A DNA stretch of 32,000 bases, taken from assembly GCA_031316235.1 (NCBI GenBank), contig JALDRA010000001.1, positions 3,690,001-3,722,000 of the forward strand. Direction: 5' to 3'. Below, in pieces: positions 27,254-32,000 of the stretch. Each line of letters starts with the position of its first letter. Within the stretch, counting starts at the first letter, position 1. The notes under the pieces were generated by a model. It saw nothing but the letters and a program-made list of their open reading frames with translations, was not told the origin of the DNA and searched no databases. Made by a program: the position numbers and the translations under genes. The stretch is from Candidatus Scalindua sp. Lineage in GTDB: Bacteria > Planctomycetota > Brocadiia > Brocadiales > Scalinduaceae.

Positions 27254-27282
27254 ATGATATAATTGTGCTTTTAATATGTCTA
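27254..27282 (-). promoter_or_regulatory. putative sigma70-type promoter of the 377-aa gene
   Basis: The minus strand reads TAGACA, a 17-nt spacer, then TATCAT (5/6 and 5/6 matches to consensus). This implies a ~90-nt leader. Confidence 0.4.
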
Positions 27283-27465
27283 GTTTTATTAAAGCAGTTA
27301 GATGCAGAATGCCTCTCAGGTATAACTCAAGCCCATTCTAACCATTCAAATCAGGCATGAATACCTCTGCCTATAAAAACGACAAACATGCCTGTATGGC
27401 CTAATCTGGTCTGTTCTATGCTCTCGCACTCCATATATCATGAGCAATTCATTATAATTTATAAC

Positions 27466-27513
27466 GAAATTTGTCTGAATGGTCCGGCTGTATGGACGAA
27501 TCAGACAAATTTC
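27466..27513. repeat. perfect 13-bp inverted repeat (long stem-loop)
   Basis: GAAATTTGTCTGA (27466-27478) / TCAGACAAATTTC (27501-27513) with a 22-nt loop. The loop can extend the helix through GTCC (27482-27485) / GGAC (27494-27497). Confidence 0.7.
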
Positions 27514-28102
27514 ATGATGAGTTTTTACATGATATTGTAGGAGCCATGAGTAGGTAAGTTACTAGCTATAAGATAATAGCATATTGTGTCGTGTGATACC
27601 TGGGAAGGGTTAGCATAGAAACAGAATTAAAATAAGCTAACTTTTGTAAAACTTGTACGAGATCTATACTTGTTCATGAAAAGGAATGTCTAGTCAGGGA
27701 AATTATAAACTTTTGGTATATAGGCTTATTAGCTTTAGAGATACTATTAGGAAGGTTTATTACTGATCTAATAAAGGGTGTAGACAAAATAACTACATTC
27801 ATATCTACACAAGGAAGAAGATACAGGTAATCAGACAAAACAATATAACCATCATAGATAAGCAACATAATACGTATCAAGAACTATCAGCCTTACATTT
27901 ACACATTTATATAACCTAGACGGGGGGAGTTTCCGGAATGGCGAATTCTTCAGGGAAAATTTTACACGTACGGAATACGGTAGGGGGTGGGGATGAGAAT
28001 AATACGTAGAGTAATACTCTCCCATGACAGACTGGTACCATCTTGAATTATACGTGAATAGGGAGTCCTAAGATTTAGTATATTAATATATATTATATTA
28101 AT

Positions 28103-28137
28103 ATACTGTATACACCCCCTGTACCTGAGTACCTTTT
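28103..28137. repeat. direct repeat DR2 (promoter/operator-like), copy of DR1
   Basis: ATACTGTATACACCCCCTGTACCTGAGTACCTTTT preceded by an alternating-AT tract containing TATAAT-like boxes on the minus strand. Confidence 0.7.
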
Positions 28138-28420
28138 GTATTCTCAATTGATGGTACACCTATACCTTTATTAGATAGTCTATGAGACCAAAGGAATACC
28201 TTGGTTTGATTGTGTGGGTATCTATTGAGGCTATACGTGTGACAGACATATGCCTGTTTTCTGAGGCAGGGGATACCTTTTGATTTGATGAAGTGGTATC
28301 TTGCTTAATCGTGTACTCTTCCGGATGATATAGAAGCCAGCAAACCAGATGTTGCCTATTTTACGTATTAGCATTCTGTTCTAATTTTTTTATTTTTAGG
28401 TGTTGATTTGATCGTTTGAA

Positions 28421-29383
28421 CTATTCCCAATCAGCAAAATCAAGAATATTTTCCAATTGTATTAGATTTAAATGTTCATTGCTTAGTAAATTTTTCCAAA
28501 AAATGTCCCGTTCCTTTTTTTCTCCAGTTCTTTGCCATTCAACGATAAACAATTTTTTTTCATTTCTGCGTTGGATTAGGTTGTTCAAGTGCCGATCTAA
28601 ACCTGAGTATCCAAATAGGATTATCTTGTCAGATTCATCAAAAGCTAACGCTAAATGACGCCAATATGCGCTCAAAATCTTAGAAGACTCGATGATGAGT
28701 GGTTTGTGTTCAAAGTGAGCCAAGACAATATGGCTATCTTTTTCTGGTTTAAGAGAGGCACGGGCATCTCTCATGGTTTTTTCATTGCCCACATACAACG
28801 GCGATCCATGCAAGTGCAGATACCAACCATGTTTATTTACTTTGCGCCTATCTAAGTTTTCTTCGTTAAAACCAGAGCTCGACCAGAAACCATCTATTAA
28901 TGGTCCATTGTAGCCGTCAAGCACGTGATTCTTTGTGAACGCATCATAGAGGAGGTTATCGTAATTTAGTGTCGCTACATGTGATTTGCTTTCATGTATA
29001 AATTTAGCTAATGGAATAATAAAGGAATCAGGAAGCTTGAGATCAGATCGGTGGAAATACAAAGCCACCTCATGAATGAATTTTTTAAATGCAGAAGGTA
29101 ATTGTTTAGCGTCATCGGAAACCCAAGATACACCATGTATTTCAAACTCACAAAGAAATTCTATTGCAACAATTGCATACTGAAGCTTGTCTAGTTCCTG
29201 TTCTGAGCTTGGTGGACGCTTTTCAGATGTTCCTGCGATAGCGCTTTGAATAAGCGCTTTATGTTCCATGCTCAAATAGTCTGTATTGCTCCAGACGCTC
29301 TCTAATCCATTTTGCAACGCAAAATAGTCAGGGTTCATGGCCATACCCAAACCGTTACCCACTATCAACATGGAACGCTTCAC
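28421..29383 (-). CDS. stand-alone SIR2-like domain protein (SIR2_2 / DUF4917 / AbiH-like), putative NAD-consuming defence effector
   Basis: 320 aa with a GTG start and AAGGAAA SD. Motifs in SIR2-like order: LIVGNGLGMA (Rossmann GxG), ATLNYDNLLY (T-x-N-Y-D), YLHLHGSPLYV (catalytic His region), ILFGYSGLDRHL. Confidence 0.65.
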   Translation of the reverse strand: MKRSMLIVGNGLGMAMNPDYFALQNGLESVWSNTDYLSMEHKALIQSAIAGTSEKRPPSSEQELDKLQYAIVAIEFLCEFEIHGVSWVSDDAKQLPSAFKKFIHEVALYFHRSDLKLPDSFIIPLAKFIHESKSHVATLNYDNLLYDAFTKNHVLDGYNGPLIDGFWSSSGFNEENLDRRKVNKHGWYLHLHGSPLYVGNEKTMRDARASLKPEKDSHIVLAHFEHKPLIIESSKILSAYWRHLALAFDESDKIILFGYSGLDRHLNNLIQRRNEKKLFIVEWQRTGEKKERDIFWKNLLSNEHLNLIQLENILDFADWE

Positions 29384-29724
29384 TGCTTTTCCTTTGTATT
29401 AAGTTCTAACAGTTAAATATGAGGACACTATAACAAATGTTTGAAAAATTCCTGAATAACTAAAAAAACCTTCTCTACTATTTTCCACTTCTTTAATTCT
29501 GGCCATGATATTTTTAATAGAGTGGCCTTGGGATGAAGAGCTGAATACTCACCCTTACCCGATTAAACATCATCGTACAAACGAGGTAGACTTAAGCTCA
29601 TACGTTCAATGTATTTTGCCATCCATGTCTTCTTTTGCTTAAACGCTTTGATCGGATTAGAGATCGAAGGGAAAAGATCATGGGGCGTGCCGTGAACGGC
29701 ACTGGCAAATTTACGTTATCCAAG

Positions 29725-30441
29725 TTAGTAACCCCAGTTCGCATGACTCACAGGCAATTTATTTAACTCGGTCTTTAATTGCTTCCAATTCGGCAAATAG
29801 GTATCCATGTAATAAAGGAACCTTTCATTATGGTGCCGCTCTAAAAAATGAGCCATCTCATGCACAATGATATATTCCAGGCAATTAATGGGTTTCTTTG
29901 CCAATTCAAGGTTTAGCCAAATTCTTTTCTTCTCGATGTTGCAGGAACCCCATTTGATTTTCATGAGTTTTACTTGCCAATCACTGACCTTTAAATTCAT
30001 TCGTTTTTCCCAGTTTTCAATAAGTTCGGGAATTATTTCTTTAAGTTCCTCACGATACCACTCTTTCATTATTTCATGCCGTTTGATTATCGGTGTTCCG
30101 GGCCTTACATAAAGGTCTATATAGGTTTTGTTTTTCAATACTACTTTAGGCGGGGCATCTGCTTCAATGATGTTCAGCAAACATCTTCTGCCCTGGAAGT
30201 AATGACTTTCTCTGTCCTTGTATTCTCTTGGTGATACTCTCTCTTGGCCTTCAAATTTACGTTGGTGCCGTTTTATCCACCCTAATTTTGCTATGGTAAA
30301 TAAGCGGATTGCATCTTCATTTACTCCTAACGGTGCAGCAATGCGGACCCTTCCTGTAGGGGGGTAAACAGCAAGGTGTATATTCTTAATGTCTTTACGA
30401 ACAACATCGATTTTAATGTTGCTGATGGTGATTTGCTCCAT
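29725..30441 (-). CDS. DUF45/YgjP-like (COG1451, M48-related) zinc metallohydrolase
   Basis: 238 aa. KWGSCNIEKKRIWLNLELAKKP..LEYIIVHEMAHFLERHH gives the WGSC...HExxH layout. Its ATG overlaps the hsdR stop (TAATG). Confidence 0.85.
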   Translation of the reverse strand: MEQITISNIKIDVVRKDIKNIHLAVYPPTGRVRIAAPLGVNEDAIRLFTIAKLGWIKRHQRKFEGQERVSPREYKDRESHYFQGRRCLLNIIEADAPPKVVLKNKTYIDLYVRPGTPIIKRHEIMKEWYREELKEIIPELIENWEKRMNLKVSDWQVKLMKIKWGSCNIEKKRIWLNLELAKKPINCLEYIIVHEMAHFLERHHNERFLYYMDTYLPNWKQLKTELNKLPVSHANWGY

Positions 30442-32000
30442 TAATAATCTCTTTGATTTTTTACCAGGTCAAAAATTTTGTGGACTTCACTTTCTTCTGT
30501 AATACCGTATTTTTCTAACACTTCCGCAATTGCAAAGCGAACCTCTTTGCTTTTAATTTTATGGTCTCTCCAGCCATCTTTTTTGGTTATAAGGATTGTA
30601 TGGTCTAGTTCGATTGGCAAATCCTCATTTTTGCCAAGGTTGTCATACAAAGCCCTCTTTGCATTTGTATTGAGAGAAGCAGGATATTCGGCTGTTGTGT
30701 CTGGTTTTTTAATCTTTGCTGCAAGCTCAATGATATTCTGCAAGTATTTTTTGTATTCCGAAGCCGCTTCTTTTCTCAGTTTGATTAACTCGTCCAAAAG
30801 CACGCTCATTTTTTCGTAATACATCGGGTTGGTAGGGCTTTCCTCAATGATTACTTTCCTTAGATTATTTTCGATGGTTTCTGCCATTGCATCTTTGTTG
30901 CCTTTGATTCTTTGAGGCAAATCATTGATAATATCCTCTCCTCTTTCAATCAACAATTCTACTAAACTTAAATCATCAAAGTTGGCCAACATTTGACTCT
31001 CTTCTGCTCCGATGTAGCTGTCAATCAAATGACGCATGGCAGGTTCGTACTGTTTTAAATCAACATAGTCACCACTGGCGAGCTGTATTTCCTTACGCAG
31101 ATTTTCAAAGTGTTTGATGTCATTCTTGATTTGCCCGGTTTCCTTTTCGGTGTAACCTGCTTCTTTCATTTCATCGGCTATGCTGGCATAAGCCCGAATG
31201 AGTGCAATAGTGAGCTTATACAAGGCAACCCGTTTTGGTTCGGTGTCTTTTAGTTCGTCAGGATTTTCGGTGTTCCCGCCACAGAAGTAACGAATATAAG
31301 TCAGGGTATCTTTGGGCGGCTCTACCGGTTCGCACAACGCCTTAACGGCTTCCAATGCTTCGTCCAATCGTTCTTTGCCTTTCTTCAAACGGTCTTTGAG
31401 CAAACCTTCCACATCCGCTTTTTCATAAGCATCAAATGCACCAGAAGTGTAATCCACGAATGCGCTTTCAAGACTCTTAAACAAGTCCATGTAGTCGATG
31501 ATATAACCGTAGTCTTTATCATCACCATCTAAACGGTTTACCCTGCAAACCGCCTGAAACAATCCGTGGTCTTGCATATTCTTGTCAATGTATAGATATG
31601 TGGCGGAAGGAGCATCGAAACCGGTGAGCAGTTTGTTTACCACTATCAGTAATTTCATCTGAGCCGGCTCTTCTACGAATTTTGTCTTTACCTCTTTTTC
31701 AAATTGCTCTACCTTGTTAATGGCGGTATCGGGGTCTTCATTAAAATAATCTGCCAGCATTTCCCGGTAAATCTCAAAACGCTGCAATTTCTCGGTATAT
31801 CCTTCGCCTGATTCTTCGCCTTTAATGTCGGCATGGGTGGGGACAAATGATGTGATGATGGCGCAATTCTTCAGACCTGCATTTTGAAATAGTTCATAGT
31901 AACGGCAGGCATTGTAAATACTATCAGAAATCAACATGGCATTGCCTCTGCCATTTTGCAGGCGTTCTTTTTTCTCCATGTCGAGTGTGATGTCCATTAC
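30441..32000 (-). CDS. hsdR: type I restriction enzyme R subunit, C-terminal ~520 aa (5' part outside window)
   Basis: The ORF is open to the window edge. SF2 helicase motifs V-VI are present (LLIVVNKLLTGFDAPSATYLYIDK...LFQAVCRVNRL), followed by the long helical C-terminal domain typical of HsdR. Confidence 0.9.
   Translation of the reverse strand, partial: VMDITLDMEKKERLQNGRGNAMLISDSIYNACRYYELFQNAGLKNCAIITSFVPTHADIKGEESGEGYTEKLQRFEIYREMLADYFNEDPDTAINKVEQFEKEVKTKFVEEPAQMKLLIVVNKLLTGFDAPSATYLYIDKNMQDHGLFQAVCRVNRLDGDDKDYGYIIDYMDLFKSLESAFVDYTSGAFDAYEKADVEGLLKDRLKKGKERLDEALEAVKALCEPVEPPKDTLTYIRYFCGGNTENPDELKDTEPKRVALYKLTIALIRAYASIADEMKEAGYTEKETGQIKNDIKHFENLRKEIQLASGDYVDLKQYEPAMRHLIDSYIGAEESQMLANFDDLSLVELLIERGEDIINDLPQRIKGNKDAMAETIENNLRKVIIEESPTNPMYYEKMSVLLDELIKLRKEAASEYKKYLQNIIELAAKIKKPDTTAEYPASLNTNAKRALYDNLGKNEDLPIELDHTILITKKDGWRDHKIKSKEVRFAIAEVLEKYGITEESEVHKIFDLVKNQRDY

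Larger units (their letters stand above)
27283..28420. other. ORF-free AT-rich region (candidate long ncRNA, replication origin or regulatory hub)
   Basis: There is no ORF >=60 aa on the plus strand. On the minus strand only two implausible ones exist (TTG start, no SD). The region contains the hairpin at 27466-27513, repeated words and DR2. Confidence 0.5.
22684..32000. mobile_element. tRNA-adjacent integrative (genomic/defence) island; distal boundary not in window
   Basis: The integrase gene starts (reading outward) 29 nt from the tRNA 3' end, followed by an excisionase. Composition is more AT-rich, and the cargo includes restriction and SIR2-like genes. Confidence 0.65.

Noticed and set aside
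27466-27513. Retron-like msd hairpin
   Set aside because: The long perfect stem is reminiscent of retron msd DNA. However, no reverse transcriptase (no YxDD-containing ORF) exists anywhere in the window, and I could not find flanking a1/a2 repeats.
27674-28159. Two minus-strand ORFs (68 aa at 27674..27880 and 65 aa at 27962..28159) in the ORF-free region
   Set aside because: Neither has an SD and the 68-aa ORF starts at TTG. The translations are dominated by I/L/Y/N, as expected from AT-rich non-coding DNA. The second ORF also runs through the DR2 repeat. A small hydrophobic peptide cannot be strictly excluded.
28150-28420. Rho-independent terminator for the SIR2-like gene
   Set aside because: Only short imperfect dyads are present (GATACC...GGTATC at 28272-28300), and none has a U-tract. 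No terminator call can be supported.
23000-32000. Second copy of the tRNA 3' end (attR) inside the window
   Set aside because: I scanned by eye for GGTTCGAGTCC / GTATCGCCCA-like strings and found none. The island boundary is therefore presumed to be outside the window. This is not proof, because the scan was manual.

Overview
32-kb bacterial window, roughly 40% GC by eye, with gene content typical of a diderm. I cannot assign a taxon from the sequence alone. Positions 1-22.6 kb are ordinary chromosomal genes: the 3' end of a PDZ-protein gene, a U32 peptidase, a HAD/polyprenol-kinase-like fusion, an amidase_2 lipoprotein, two rhomboid proteases, a UPF0104 membrane protein, clpB, dnaK, dapB, an LptF/G-family permease with a long coiled-coil insertion, an MsbA-like ABC exporter, uvrA and nadA. 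A ~56-70 nt intergenic repeat family is scattered through this part. At 22.61 kb a tRNA (Val-GAC-like) marks the start of an AT-rich integrative island that runs to the window edge. The island contains a tyrosine integrase and an excisionase. Next comes a minus-strand cassette of four small or unrecognisable proteins (281 aa, 70-aa Zn-ribbon, 68-aa HTH, 377 aa) with private operators. It also holds a GC-rich ~220-nt structured non-coding patch and a ~1.26-kb ORF-free region with hairpins and iteron-like words. Further along are a stand-alone SIR2-like (DUF4917/AbiH-like) protein and a DUF45/M48-type metallohydrolase translationally coupled to a type I restriction hsdR, whose 5' part lies outside the window. 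The most plausible place for an undescribed system is 24.1-29.4 kb (unknown protein cassette, candidate ncRNAs and SIR2-like gene). All protein family calls rest on motifs read by eye; no database search was possible.
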